A DNA stretch of 64,000 nt, from positions 2,150 through 66,149 of IMG/VR virus record IMGVR_UViG_3300016665_000195, one strand, 5' to 3'. The position numbers were made by a program, and so were the translations under genes. Positions 25,698 to 35,751 of this stretch are shown piece by piece; position 1 is the first letter of the stretch; the number at the start of each line of letters is the position of its first letter. The stretch is from a virus (lineage: Duplodnaviria; Caudoviricetes). The notes below the pieces were generated by a model. The model was not told the origin of the DNA. It made no database searches and worked only from the letters and a program-made list of their open reading frames with translations.

Positions 25698-28600
25698 ATG
25701 GTCGCGCGCAAAATTTCCGAGATGCCCCTGCTCTCCGAGCAGGACCTAGCCTCGTCGACGGCCTACATCCCGATCGTCGACCCGAATGCGCCGACTCTTA
25801 CGGACCGCAACAAGCGGATCCTCGTCTCCTCGTTGGTCGGTGGTGCCATCTCGCAGGCGTCCGTCGTAGCGGATGCGACGAACCTCGTGGCCTCGGTGAC
25901 TGGCACGACCGTCTCCGTGCAGTGGACCCCTCCGGCAGGTGCGACTTCGTTCACCGTGGATCGCCGTGAGGTTGTGGGCACGCTGACCCCGACCAATCCG
26001 TTCTCCAACGCGGCGGTCATCTCCGGCAGCAATACGACGATCACGGGCCTGACGGCCTCCCAGCGCTACGAGATCCGTGTGCGGGCGTCGTTCCCCAACG
26101 GGCAGACCTCGGCTGGGGTGTCCATCACGGTGACCCTTCCCGAAGCGGTCGTGTCCCTGATTGCTCCGGCGTCCTTCCGCGTCACCGACAGCACGACCAC
26201 GACGCTTACCGTAGCGTGGAACCCCGTCACGGGGGCTGCTGGGTACCGGGTCTGGGTGCGCCCGACCTCGGGTGCGTACAACATCCTGCCGAATGCGACG
26301 CCTTCCGGGACGACCTACACGTTCGTCGGGCTCTCCAGCACCACGGCCTACACGCTGAAGGTCGCCGCCGTATCCGGCGCGTCCGAAGGCCCCTCGTCCG
26401 AGATCTCGTTCACGACGCCCGCTGGCGCGCTGGGCGAACCGGGTAGCCTCACGGTGGCATCCTTCACCGATTCGACGGCAACCCTCTCGTGGACGGCGGG
26501 CGATGGTGCGACGGCCTACCTGATCGACTACCGCCTGACCGGCGGCACGTACAGCATTCCAGTGGAAGTGACGGCGCTCGGCTACACGGTGCTGAATCTG
26601 ACGCCCGGTGCGGAGTATCAGTTCCGGGTGCGGTCCAAATCGGGCGCGACGATCTCCACGGGCGTGACTGTGACTCAGCGACTGCTGGGAGCTTCCGCCG
26701 ACGGTGGTGGCGGCACGGGTGTCGTGCCGACGCAGTTGATCACCGGTACGTTCTCCGGGAACACGTCGTTCAGCGTGACCAAGCCCGCGTCCTCCTCGGG
26801 CGAGACGTACTACATTTTCGTGGCCTACAAGGACGGCGACCTCTATACGCTGACCACTCCGACGGGCTACACCCTCGTTGCGGATGTGAACGGCACGGGC
26901 AACACCGGCCGGTGCGTGCTGTACGAGAAGGTCTCTGCGGGCGAGTCGGCGGGTACGGTGTCGATTACCGTCTCCGGCACGGTGAACGTGGCGTGGGCGA
27001 TGCTGCGCACCAAGGGTGCTCGCCGCGCGTTCGCGACGACCGATGCAGCGTTCAACAACCCGTTCGTGGCGCCCAGCGTCACGGCGACCACCGTCAACGC
27101 TCCGGTATTCAATTTCGTGGCGGCGGCGCAGTGGCCCCGGACGTTCACCGGCCCGAGCAACGTAACGGTGCTGGGTCAGAGCTACAACCTGAGCGGCCCG
27201 TCGCTTTGCGTGGGCTTCTTTACAGTCGAGGCTACGGCGTCTGGTACCCAGTCGTATACGGCAACCGACCCTGACACGAACGTCGCGACGGGCGACGACT
27301 ACATCACGATCTCGCTGGTGCTGGATGGGGCTCCGGTGGCGTCGGTGCTCTCCGGTACGGTAAACGGCTCCTCGGTCACGGCCAACATCCCGGCGGCGAA
27401 CGCTGGGGATTCCCTGTATCTGGCGCTGAACTACCAAGACAGCAGCGCGTACACGATCGCGACGCCTTCCGGCTGGACGCTTGTCGACCAATCCGATTCG
27501 GCGGTGGGCGGTGCAGGGAACACGCGCGGCAAACTGATCGTCTTCCGCAAGGATCTTGCGTCTTCGGTTGCCCAGTCCACGCAGGCCGTTACGTTCAGTG
27601 GCGTGGTGACCGGTGCGTACACTGCCTCCCGGCACCGGGGCGCGTTCCGTGCGGTGGCTAAAACGTCCGGGGCGTCCTCGACTTCGTTCGTCACGCCGAG
27701 CGTGACCGCGACCACTACCGGGTCGACATGGATCTCGTGGGTCGGGCCGGGGCACTTCCTGCGCACGCACACGCCCCCGGCGGGCTTCACCGAGCTTGCT
27801 GACCAGAGTGGTGGCGGGGCGGCGGGGCCGTCGATGGCGCTTGGTACGAAGACCGTGAACGCAGGTGCGACCGGCACGGCGACGTGGACGGCGGACAGCA
27901 GCGACGACTACAACGCGATCAGCGTGGTGATCGACGGCACGGGTGGCGATACGGGTGGCGGTGGTACGGGCGGTGGCGGCGGTGGCAACACCACCACTTC
28001 GTTCTACGTAGGCTCGCACGTACACGGCTACAACACGGCAGACCGCTACGCATCGGGCACGTACCCGGGGACGAACGGCCCGGCTGGTGACAACACCATG
28101 TACCCGGCGAAGTTCGGTCCGTACCGTACGTGGGACAGCGAGACGGGGCTGGGCAGGCTGGCGTACTGGACCGGGCGCACGGGTGGCATCAACGCCGCAG
28201 GCGACGGACTGAACCAGTACGACTGGACGAACACCGACATCTGGCTGGATAAGATCGTTGGGCGCGGCCACAGCCCGCTGCTGTTGACGTTCGGCGCGAC
28301 GCCTTCGTGGTCCGCCCGGAATCAGGATCCGTCGTCGTACGGCAACGGAGCCACGTCGCTTCCCACCAACCTGACCGCATGGGCACAGGCGTGCCGCGAT
28401 CTCGTGCTGCACTGCCGCGCGCGATATGGAACCAGCGTGGTCAAGTGGGTGGAGATCGGCAACGAGTGGATCGGCAACGACACGGGGTCGTCCGAGGTCG
28501 GGCAGTTCCTGAACGCCCGTGGCTGGCCGGCGGGAAGCTCGACGCCTCTGGCTACGCTGTACGCTGACGCGGTGGCCGCGGTTGTCCCGATGATCCGTTC

Positions 28601-29099
28601 GATCGATGCGACGATCACGGTCGTGGGTGGCGCGCATACCTACACCGACAGCTACTGGACGAACATGCTGTTGAACGCCCGGACGCAAACCGGCGTGCGG
28701 CTGCTCTCGTTCCTCGACGCTTTCAGCGTCCACCTGTACGGCTTCTCGGTTCGCAACCCGTACAAGAATCTGGCGTCCAAGACGGCGGAACTGCGGCAGT
28801 GGCTGACGGCAGCCGGGTACGGCTCGCTTCCGCTCATCGATACCGAGTGGGGCTTCTACTACCCGTGGGGCGGGGCGGCGGAACTTGCGTGGTACTCCGG
28901 GCTGACGACTCAGCAGCAAGCTGACTACGTTTACGAAGCCATCAGCGAATACAAGCGGCTGGGGTATAAAGCGGTATTTTGGTACTCGGTCGACGCGTCT
29001 CCGGCCCCCGGTAACCTGAGCTTCTTCTTCGAACCGGAACGCAACGCGACCATGCGTGCTGCGCTCAACCAAGCGTACGATACGTTCAATACTCCGTAG
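25698..29099 (+). CDS. spike/depolymerase: docking N-terminus, FN3 repeats, tandem duplicated beta domain, clan GH-A glycoside hydrolase
   Basis: Three FN3-like repeats (W..P.GA..Y.V..R...GL...Y..RV.A); catalytic WVEIGNEW (acid/base), FSVHLYG and LIDTEWG (nucleophile). Confidence 0.8.
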   Translation: MVARKISEMPLLSEQDLASSTAYIPIVDPNAPTLTDRNKRILVSSLVGGAISQASVVADATNLVASVTGTTVSVQWTPPAGATSFTVDRREVVGTLTPTNPFSNAAVISGSNTTITGLTASQRYEIRVRASFPNGQTSAGVSITVTLPEAVVSLIAPASFRVTDSTTTTLTVAWNPVTGAAGYRVWVRPTSGAYNILPNATPSGTTYTFVGLSSTTAYTLKVAAVSGASEGPSSEISFTTPAGALGEPGSLTVASFTDSTATLSWTAGDGATAYLIDYRLTGGTYSIPVEVTALGYTVLNLTPGAEYQFRVRSKSGATISTGVTVTQRLLGASADGGGGTGVVPTQLITGTFSGNTSFSVTKPASSSGETYYIFVAYKDGDLYTLTTPTGYTLVADVNGTGNTGRCVLYEKVSAGESAGTVSITVSGTVNVAWAMLRTKGARRAFATTDAAFNNPFVAPSVTATTVNAPVFNFVAAAQWPRTFTGPSNVTVLGQSYNLSGPSLCVGFFTVEATASGTQSYTATDPDTNVATGDDYITISLVLDGAPVASVLSGTVNGSSVTANIPAANAGDSLYLALNYQDSSAYTIATPSGWTLVDQSDSAVGGAGNTRGKLIVFRKDLASSVAQSTQAVTFSGVVTGAYTASRHRGAFRAVAKTSGASSTSFVTPSVTATTTGSTWISWVGPGHFLRTHTPPAGFTELADQSGGGAAGPSMALGTKTVNAGATGTATWTADSSDDYNAISVVIDGTGGDTGGGGTGGGGGGNTTTSFYVGSHVHGYNTADRYASGTYPGTNGPAGDNTMYPAKFGPYRTWDSETGLGRLAYWTGRTGGINAAGDGLNQYDWTNTDIWLDKIVGRGHSPLLLTFGATPSWSARNQDPSSYGNGATSLPTNLTAWAQACRDLVLHCRARYGTSVVKWVEIGNEWIGNDTGSSEVGQFLNARGWPAGSSTPLATLYADAVAAVVPMIRSIDATITVVGGAHTYTDSYWTNMLLNARTQTGVRLLSFLDAFSVHLYGFSVRNPYKNLASKTAELRQWLTAAGYGSLPLIDTEWGFYYPWGGAAELAWYSGLTTQQQADYVYEAISEYKRLGYKAVFWYSVDASPAPGNLSFFFEPERNATMRAALNQAYDTFNTP

Positions 29100-29116
29100 G
29101 ATTGAGCTAACCCATC

Positions 29117-30541
29117 ATGGCTGAACGCAAGATCTCGGAGATGCCCCTGCTGGCGCAGGGTACGCTGGTCGGATCCACCGACTACGTGCCTATTGTCGAT
29201 CCGAGCGAAGCGTCCACCGCCAACCGCAACAAGCGGATTCTTGCCAACTCGTTGGTGCAGGGGTCGCAGTTCACGCAATCCGGCACGGGTGCGGTTGCCC
29301 GGACCGTGGAGAGCAAACTGCGTGATGCCGTGTCCGTGAAGGACTTCGGTGCGGTGGGCAACGGATCGAACGACGACACCTCTGCGGTCCAAGCCGCTAT
29401 CAATACTGGCGCGCCCGTGTTCTTCCCGCCGGGCAGCTACCGCACGACTTCCGGTCTCACCGTCACGTCGAACTACCAAGCGCTGTTCGGGCCGGGGGTG
29501 CTGGTCCCCGTTGGTACCTTCGATGCGGTGACGATTACGGGCGCAGCGCTCGGATGCAGCATCGACCTCACGATGGACTGCACGGGCCAGACGGGCTACG
29601 CGGTCAGCATCGACAACGCCAACCGCACGGTGGTCAAGCGGCTGCTCCAGATCAACGGTTCGTCCGGGATCTACGTTCGGAAGGCTAACTGGACGGTTAT
29701 CGAGCAGTGGTACGCAAGTGGCCTGCGCGGTGGCTACGGCATCCGCTGGTTCGGGGATGCGGCCAACCGGTCGGACATTCTGGTCGTCGAGGCGGCGACC
29801 TGTTCGTTCGTGGCGGGCAACTACGGCACGGGACTCGACTGGGACGGGAACTGCAACTCGCTCACGATCTTCTACTTTGGCGTCGTGACGCCGGGCTACG
29901 GTCTTCGGGTCCGGGATACCTCCGGGGGTGGCCTGCCGCTGATCGCGCGCATCCATGACCTTGAGGTCGACTACCCACAGTACGACGCGGTGCGGATCGA
30001 GACCGGCTACGACATCGACATCCTGAGCCTGTACGCGCTTGGGAGTGCTACCGGTAGCGGCGTGTACGTCGGAGCGGCGGTGCCTGCGGACCTCGTGCGC
30101 CTCGGTGGTGGCAAGAGTACCGGCAACGCCCGGTATGGCGTCGAGAACGTCAACCGCATCCGGATGGGCAACGTGGACCTTACCAGCGGTGCAAACACGC
30201 TGGGCGAGATCAGTGGGGCCTCGGCGTTCGTGGCCAAACGGTTCGAACTTAATACCAACCGCTATCTCGGAATGGACGGCGGCGGTAATATGCTGCTTGT
30301 CGGCAACGCCAATTCCTATGCCGCCTGCACTTATGCGACCGGTGAGTGGATCCTGTACACGGGTGGCGCGGCGAACTTCCGGGTCACGCATGTGACCGGC
30401 ACGCCGTATATGGGCTTCTACGGCGCGACTCCTGTTGCGAAGCCTGCGGTAACTGGGTCTCGGGGCGGCAACGCCGCGCTTGCATCGCTGCTGACGCAGC
30501 TTGCCTCGCTCGGCTTGATCACCGACAGTACGAGCGCTTAA
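29117..30541 (+). CDS. tailspike with pectate-lyase-like beta-helix
   Basis: VARTVESKLRDAVSVKDFGAVGNGSNDDTSAVQAAIN...VFFPPGSYR. Confidence 0.85.
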   Translation: MAERKISEMPLLAQGTLVGSTDYVPIVDPSEASTANRNKRILANSLVQGSQFTQSGTGAVARTVESKLRDAVSVKDFGAVGNGSNDDTSAVQAAINTGAPVFFPPGSYRTTSGLTVTSNYQALFGPGVLVPVGTFDAVTITGAALGCSIDLTMDCTGQTGYAVSIDNANRTVVKRLLQINGSSGIYVRKANWTVIEQWYASGLRGGYGIRWFGDAANRSDILVVEAATCSFVAGNYGTGLDWDGNCNSLTIFYFGVVTPGYGLRVRDTSGGGLPLIARIHDLEVDYPQYDAVRIETGYDIDILSLYALGSATGSGVYVGAAVPADLVRLGGGKSTGNARYGVENVNRIRMGNVDLTSGANTLGEISGASAFVAKRFELNTNRYLGMDGGGNMLLVGNANSYAACTYATGEWILYTGGAANFRVTHVTGTPYMGFYGATPVAKPAVTGSRGGNAALASLLTQLASLGLITDSTSA

Positions 30542-30558
30542 CGCAAGGAGCGGCTGAA

Positions 30559-30762
30559 ATGCCTTCCGTATCCAAAAAGCAGCACAACTTCATGGCAGCA
30601 ATTGCCAAGAACCCGGCGTTTGCCAAGAAGGCGGGCGTCCCGCAGAAGGTCGGTGCGGATTTCCTCGCCGCCGACAAGCGCACGGGGGTGAAGACCAAGC
30701 CCTCCCTGCAGAAGGTCAATCGGCCGAAGACTCGGCACGGCGCTTCCACGAAGCTCTTTTGA
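30559..30762 (+). CDS. small basic conserved phage protein
   Basis: MPSVSKKQHNFMAAIAKNPAFAKKAGVPQKVGADF; SD AAGGAG. Confidence 0.8.
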   Translation: MPSVSKKQHNFMAAIAKNPAFAKKAGVPQKVGADFLAADKRTGVKTKPSLQKVNRPKTRHGASTKLF

Positions 30763-30769
30763 GATAGCC

Positions 30770-31426
30770 ATGAAGAAACCCATCAAGAAGATGGTCAAGC
30801 GCCGGTACGCCGAGGGCGGTATCACCGAGCGTACGTTCGGTGAAGATGAGCCGGTACAGAGTCGGTTCGGCGAGGACATGCTGGAGAAGGCGCGTGCCTA
30901 TACTTCGCTGGCCCGCGAGCCGATGCCGGGTGGTGGGTCGAAGTCGGCTGCTCGTGCAAAAGCCGAAGCGCCTGTGAAAACGAAGGCTGCGACGCCGAAG
31001 GCCGCAGCGAGGGCCACCACTGCGGCTGATGAAGGCGAACGTACGCCTCCGGTGCAGAGCAAGCCAAAAACCGGCATGGCCGCTTTTGCTGAAAAAAGTG
31101 AAAAAGCCGGCAATATTTACGCGCGGACTCGGGGGCAGAGCGCACTTCCCCCTCCGATCGATACGACTCCTAAGATCGACACTCCCGATGTGCGACGCCA
31201 AGCCCGACTTAGGGAAGAGGCGACGGCGCGGGCTGCGGCTCGCCCGAAATCTGTCGTGAGTAATGCTGCTGATACGGCGGATGAGGATTGGGCCAAGATG
31301 AGTCCTGCGCAGCGATCGGCGGCTCGTGGCGCTGCGCTTAAACGATTCCTTGGGTTCAAGGAAGGTGGATCTGTTCGTGGTTGTGGTATTGCCCGTAAGG
31401 GCCTGACTAAGGGGAAAATGCGATGA
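30770..31426 (+). CDS. basic low-complexity protein
   Basis: YAEGG near the N-terminus; C-terminal FKEGGSVRGCGIARKGLTKGKMR. Confidence 0.75.
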   Translation: MKKPIKKMVKRRYAEGGITERTFGEDEPVQSRFGEDMLEKARAYTSLAREPMPGGGSKSAARAKAEAPVKTKAATPKAAARATTAADEGERTPPVQSKPKTGMAAFAEKSEKAGNIYARTRGQSALPPPIDTTPKIDTPDVRRQARLREEATARAAARPKSVVSNAADTADEDWAKMSPAQRSAARGAALKRFLGFKEGGSVRGCGIARKGLTKGKMR

Positions 31427-31596
31427 AAGAGTCGAAGCAGATGATGGCCAAGGAAGTCGCCTTCATGAAAAAGAAGGGCGCTCCGAAGTCGATGATCAAG
31501 CACGAAGAGGCCGAGGCCGGCATGAAGGGCGCGAAGAAATACGCGCGCGGCGGCGGCATCGAGCGCAAGGGCAAGACGCGCGGCAAGATGTGCTGA
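31423..31596 (+). CDS. small basic protein (57 aa)
   Basis: Manual translation MKESKQMMAKEVAFMKKKGAPKSMIKHEEAEAGMKGAKKYARGGGIERKGKTRGKMC. Confidence 0.75.
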   Translation: MKESKQMMAKEVAFMKKKGAPKSMIKHEEAEAGMKGAKKYARGGGIERKGKTRGKMC

Positions 31597-31610
31597 GACG
31601 GGAGGTATAG

Positions 31611-32348
31611 ATGCCCACCACGGCGGTGCCGATCACGTCAGGGACCAGCGCGTTCGCGCTGCCTCTGGCCGACATCCTTGAGGAAGCCTACGAGCGCATC
31701 GGCGTGGAGATGCGCTCGGGTTACGAGTTTCGCACCGCTCGGCGCAGCCTCAACCTGCTGACCATCGAGTGGGCATCTCGCGGGATCAATCTGTGGACGG
31801 TGGAGCAGGGGTCCATCCCTCTGGTCGCCGGGACGGCGACGTACACCCTGCCTGCAGATACCATCGACCTGATCGAGCACACGATCCGGCAGAATCCCGG
31901 CAGCACTTCGACGCAGACGGACATCAACATCAACCGGATTTCGGTGTCCACATATGCGACGATCCCGAACAAGCTGGCGCAGGGCCGACCGATTCAGATC
32001 TACATCAACCGGCAAAGTGGGGCGCCCAACCCCGCCCCGACGGGGGTGCAGTATCCGACGGTCACGGTCTGGCCAGTGCCGCAGGACAATTCTTACACGC
32101 TGGTTTACTGGCGGCTGCGGCGGATTCAGGATACTGGGGTCGGATCTAACGTGCAGGATATCCCGTTCCGGTTCCTGCCCTGCCTCGTTGCGGGGCTGGC
32201 GTACTACCTCGCGATGAAGCGTCCGGAAACACAGGCCATGATTCCGATGCTGCAGGCCGAGTACGAGCGGCAGTGGCAGCTTGCGTCTGAGGAAGATCGG
32301 GAAAAAGCGTCCGTGCGGTTCGTGCCGCGTGGATCCTTCTACCGGTAA
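31611..32348 (+). CDS. head-tail adaptor protein
   Basis: ARRSLNLLTIEWASRGINLW...IPNKLAQGRP...VWPVP...PFRFLPCLVAGLAYYLA. Confidence 0.75.
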   Translation: MPTTAVPITSGTSAFALPLADILEEAYERIGVEMRSGYEFRTARRSLNLLTIEWASRGINLWTVEQGSIPLVAGTATYTLPADTIDLIEHTIRQNPGSTSTQTDININRISVSTYATIPNKLAQGRPIQIYINRQSGAPNPAPTGVQYPTVTVWPVPQDNSYTLVYWRLRRIQDTGVGSNVQDIPFRFLPCLVAGLAYYLAMKRPETQAMIPMLQAEYERQWQLASEEDREKASVRFVPRGSFYR

Positions 32349-32353
32349 CAGCG

Positions 32354-32746
32354 ATGCCGAACAAGTTCGCATTAGGGACCTACGCGATCGCCCAGTGCGA
32401 TCGTTGCTACAAGCGTGTTCGCCTAAAGGAACTTCGGCCGCTCATCATCAAGACCAAGCAGGTCAATATCAAGGTCTGCCGGGAATGCTGGGATCCCGAC
32501 CACCCGCAACTGCGGTTGGGGATGTTCCCGGTCAACGACCCGCAAGCGGTTCGTGACCCACGGCCCGATATCTCGTATCCTCAGAGTCGGGCGCTGATCT
32601 ACCAGATCGTGGTAGGTGCAGGTTTGGGGGTCGCCTGCGGGCAGCCCGAAGCACCTGACGCGGTTGCTGTGGCTGAGGAATCCGGTTTCGTCATCGTAAC
32701 CGAAGACGATATCCCAATCGGTACGGAATTTACTAGGAGTCCGTGA
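32354..32746 (+). CDS. Zn-binding neck protein with acidic C-terminal tag
   Basis: CDRC...VCRECWDPDHPQ...QAVRDPRPD; ends EESGFVIVTEDDIPIGTEF. Confidence 0.75.
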   Translation: MPNKFALGTYAIAQCDRCYKRVRLKELRPLIIKTKQVNIKVCRECWDPDHPQLRLGMFPVNDPQAVRDPRPDISYPQSRALIYQIVVGAGLGVACGQPEAPDAVAVAEESGFVIVTEDDIPIGTEFTRSP

Positions 32747-32916
32747 TGAAAATGTCGACCAAGGACGCGCTCAAGGCGCATATGGCCAAGGGCGCTGGTG
32801 CGCACCCGGATTCGAACGCCAAGAAGCTCGCCAAGGGCGGCGTGACCTCGGCTATGGCCAAGAAGTACGGGCGCAACATGGCGCGCGTGATGAACCAGCG
32901 GAGCCCGACGAAATGA
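32746..32916 (+). CDS. small basic protein (56 aa)
   Basis: Manual translation MKMSTKDALKAHMAKGAGAHPDSNAKKLAKGGVTSAMAKKYGRNMARVMNQRSPTK; start/stop overlaps on both sides. Confidence 0.7.
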   Translation: MKMSTKDALKAHMAKGAGAHPDSNAKKLAKGGVTSAMAKKYGRNMARVMNQRSPTK

Positions 32917-33095
32917 AGACCGGCGGCATCAAGAAGGTGCCCGTGCCGAATACGGGCGGTTACCCGCAGACCGGTATCGGTCTGGACGACGTGCTGGTCA
33001 AGGGCAAGGTCTTCCCGGGTACCAGCCAGAAAAGCTACGGCACCATGCGGGGCGCGGGTGCTGCGGTGCGTGGCAAGAAGTTCCTGAACAAGTAA
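32913..33095 (+). CDS. small basic protein
   Basis: MKTGGIKK...TMRGAGAAVRGKKFLNK. Confidence 0.7.
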   Translation: MKTGGIKKVPVPNTGGYPQTGIGLDDVLVKGKVFPGTSQKSYGTMRGAGAAVRGKKFLNK

Positions 33096-33101
33096 GCCAT
33101 C

Positions 33102-33740
33102 GTGGACTACGCTGCTCTCACTGCTTCGATCCAGTCGTATACGGAGAACGAGTTCTCCACGACTGACCTGAACACGTTCATCCAGCAGGCCGAGCAGCGC
33201 ATCAACAACTCGGTGCAGCTTCCGGCAGCCCGCAAGAACGCTTCGATCACGACCTCGCCGAACAACAGTGCGGTGACGGTTCCGACGGATTATCTTGCGA
33301 CCTACTCGCTGGCGGTGGTGAACCCGTCCACGGGTGATCTGGACTACCTGCTGAACAAGGATCCGAACTTCGTTCAAGAGGCGTTCCCCATCGGTACCTA
33401 CGTCGGCAAGCCGACGCACTACGCGCAGATCTCGCCCTCCGAGTTCATCCTCGGGCCGGTGCCAGATCTGGCGTACGCACTGCGGCTGGTGTACTTCGGG
33501 TATCCGGAGTCGATCACTACGTCGGCAACTGGCCGTTCGTGGCTCGGGGATAACTTCGACTCGGTCCTGCTTTACGGTTCCCTCGTGGAGGCGTATACCT
33601 TCATGAAGGGTGAGCAGGACATGATGGCCGTCTACGACGCCAAGTTCAAGGAAGCGCTGGCGATGCTCAAGCAACTGGTGGACGCGAAGGTCCGGCAGGA
33701 TGCTTACCGCGCTGGCCAGATTCGGTACCCGGTGACCTGA
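33102..33740 (+). CDS. neck/adaptor protein
   Basis: MDYAALTASIQSYTEN...FIQQAEQRI...GKPTHYA...GPVPD...LLYGSLVEAYTFMKGE. Confidence 0.75.
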   Translation: MDYAALTASIQSYTENEFSTTDLNTFIQQAEQRINNSVQLPAARKNASITTSPNNSAVTVPTDYLATYSLAVVNPSTGDLDYLLNKDPNFVQEAFPIGTYVGKPTHYAQISPSEFILGPVPDLAYALRLVYFGYPESITTSATGRSWLGDNFDSVLLYGSLVEAYTFMKGEQDMMAVYDAKFKEALAMLKQLVDAKVRQDAYRAGQIRYPVT

Positions 33741-33741
33741 C

Positions 33742-34161
33742 GTGACAGCCGCCTGCAATTCCTTCAAGGTCGAACTGCTCCAAGCGGTGCATAACTTCAC
33801 CGCCTCGACGGGCGACACCTTCAAGATGGCGCTGTACAGCCCGTCTGCGTCACTGTCAGTCGACACCACCGCGTACTCGACGACCAACGAGGCCTCCGGC
33901 CCCGGCTACAGTGCAGGTGGCGTGACGCTCACCAATGTGACTCCGGTACTGGACGACGGGGTTGCGGTTGCCGACTTCTCGGACGCTGTATTTTCCGCCG
34001 TGACCATCACGCTGCGGTTCGCGCTGATCTACAACGCGAGCAAGGCCAACCGTGCGGTGGCGGTGATCGACCTTGGGCAGACCTACACGGTGAGCGGTGG
34101 AGACCTCCTGATTGCGATGCCGCCTGCAACCTCCACGAACGCCATCATCCGAGTGACGTGA
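33742..34161 (+). CDS. tail structural protein
   Basis: CNSFKVELLQAVHNFT...FKMALYS...TTAYSTTNE...GYSAGGVTL...ALIYN. Confidence 0.7.
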   Translation: MTAACNSFKVELLQAVHNFTASTGDTFKMALYSPSASLSVDTTAYSTTNEASGPGYSAGGVTLTNVTPVLDDGVAVADFSDAVFSAVTITLRFALIYNASKANRAVAVIDLGQTYTVSGGDLLIAMPPATSTNAIIRVT

Positions 34162-34162
34162 C

Positions 34163-35575
34163 ATGCCGAGTACCTACTCCCCCAATCTTCGCTTCGAACT
34201 TATCGCCACGGGCGAGCAGGCCGGTACGTGGGGTGGCACGACCAACACCAACATCGGCACGCTGATCGAGCAGGCGATTGCCGGTGCGGTGACCGTCACG
34301 ATGACGGATGCCGACCTTACGCTCACGACGAATTCCGGCGCGTCCGATCAGGCGCGCAACATGCACGTCATCCTGACCTCGGGGGTCTCGCTGACCACGA
34401 CCCGAACGGTCACCTGCCCAGCGGTGTCGAAGTTCTACGTGGTGCGTAACGCCACGGCGGGTGGGCAGTCGGTGCTGTTCACGGCGGGAGGCACCGGGGT
34501 TACGATTCTCAACGGCAACACCGTGGCGTTGGTTTGCGACGGTACCAACGTACGCCTTGCACACGATGCGGTAACCCTCACCGCCAACGGTGTGGAGCAA
34601 CTGCGAGCCACCACGCTCGGCGTCACGCTGCCCGGTGGGTACCTGTCCGCGCAGCCGTCGTTCCGGAACAAGATCATCAACGGGGCGTTCGATTTCTGGC
34701 AGCGAGGTACCAGCCAGACCTCCAACGGCTATGGTTCGGACGACCGATGGGAAAACAGTAACGTCGGGTCGTCGAAGACTGCTTCGCGTCAGAGCTTTAC
34801 GCTTGGGCAGACGGACGTTCCGGGCGATCCGACCTACTTTTCGCGCACGGTGGTAGCGAGCGTTGCGGGTGCGTCGAATTACGTCTTCAAGCGGCAAGCT
34901 ATCGAGAACGTGCGGACGTTCGCGGGCAGGTCGATTCGGGTATCGTTCTACGCAAAAGCCGATGCAAGTCGGCCTATTGCAATTGAGTTAGCGCAAAGCT
35001 TTGGTACTGGCGGGTCGCCTTCGGCAGCAGTAACCGGTATCGGCGCGCAGAAGTTTACGTTGACCACTTCGTGGGTGCGGTACGAAGCGACCATTTCCGT
35101 CCCGTCGCTTTCCGGCAAAACGCTGGGCAGCAACAACGATGATTACCTCGGCCTCTATATTTGGTTCGATGCAGGCTCATCGTTCAACGCGCGCACCGCA
35201 TCTCTTGGTCAGCAGTCTGGTACGTTCGATATTGCGATGGTGCAGGTTGAAGAAGGTACCGCCGCGACTCCGTTTGAACGCCGGCCGTTCGCGGTGGAGT
35301 TGGCGCAGTGCCAGCGGTACTTCGTTTCGATCGCGAGTCTGATCGTCAGCGGATACGCAGGTGGAGCCGACGAAGCGCTTTACGGCGACTTCATCCATCC
35401 GGTTTCGATGCGAGCTACGCCGACGGTGACTTATACCAACGTCAACTCCGGCAACGCCAAAACCAACCCAGCTACGAACTACGGGGATAACGTCCACACG
35501 CGAGTAGCGTTCACTACGAATGCCGCAGGTGCCGCGTTCTTCGTGTTCAACGCCACGTTCTCCGCTGAACTCTGA
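34163..35575 (+). CDS. tail fibre with C-terminal CBM-like domain
   Basis: MPSTYSPNLRFELIATGEQAGTWG; FRNKIINGAFDFWQRGTS...ATPFERRPFAVELAQCQRYF. Confidence 0.8.
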   Translation: MPSTYSPNLRFELIATGEQAGTWGGTTNTNIGTLIEQAIAGAVTVTMTDADLTLTTNSGASDQARNMHVILTSGVSLTTTRTVTCPAVSKFYVVRNATAGGQSVLFTAGGTGVTILNGNTVALVCDGTNVRLAHDAVTLTANGVEQLRATTLGVTLPGGYLSAQPSFRNKIINGAFDFWQRGTSQTSNGYGSDDRWENSNVGSSKTASRQSFTLGQTDVPGDPTYFSRTVVASVAGASNYVFKRQAIENVRTFAGRSIRVSFYAKADASRPIAIELAQSFGTGGSPSAAVTGIGAQKFTLTTSWVRYEATISVPSLSGKTLGSNNDDYLGLYIWFDAGSSFNARTASLGQQSGTFDIAMVQVEEGTAATPFERRPFAVELAQCQRYFVSIASLIVSGYAGGADEALYGDFIHPVSMRATPTVTYTNVNSGNAKTNPATNYGDNVHTRVAFTTNAAGAAFFVFNATFSAEL

Positions 35576-35577
35576 TC

Positions 35578-35751
35578 ATGGCCAGCCCGAAGCCCAGCAA
35601 CCCGACGCTTTGGAGTCGCGTGAAGACCGACGCCAAGAAGAAATTCGACGTGTACCCCAGCGCCTACGCCAACGCGTGGGCGTCCAAGGAATACAAGAAG
35701 CGCGGTGGTAGCTGGTCCGGTGCGGATAATCGGGTGAAAAAACGTGGCTAA
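35578..35751 (+). CDS. small basic conserved phage protein (57 aa)
   Basis: Manual translation MASPKPSNPTLWSRVKTDAKKKFDVYPSAYANAWASKEYKKRGGSWSGADNRVKKRG. Confidence 0.8.
   Translation: MASPKPSNPTLWSRVKTDAKKKFDVYPSAYANAWASKEYKKRGGSWSGADNRVKKRG

Noticed and set aside
25746-29072. 1108-aa minus-strand ORF
   Set aside because: Antisense shadow of a GC-rich gene with clear FN3/GH motifs; Arg-rich nonsense composition
20882-35575. Diversity-generating retroelement acting on fibres
   Set aside because: No reverse transcriptase and no TR/VR pair differing at adenines was seen
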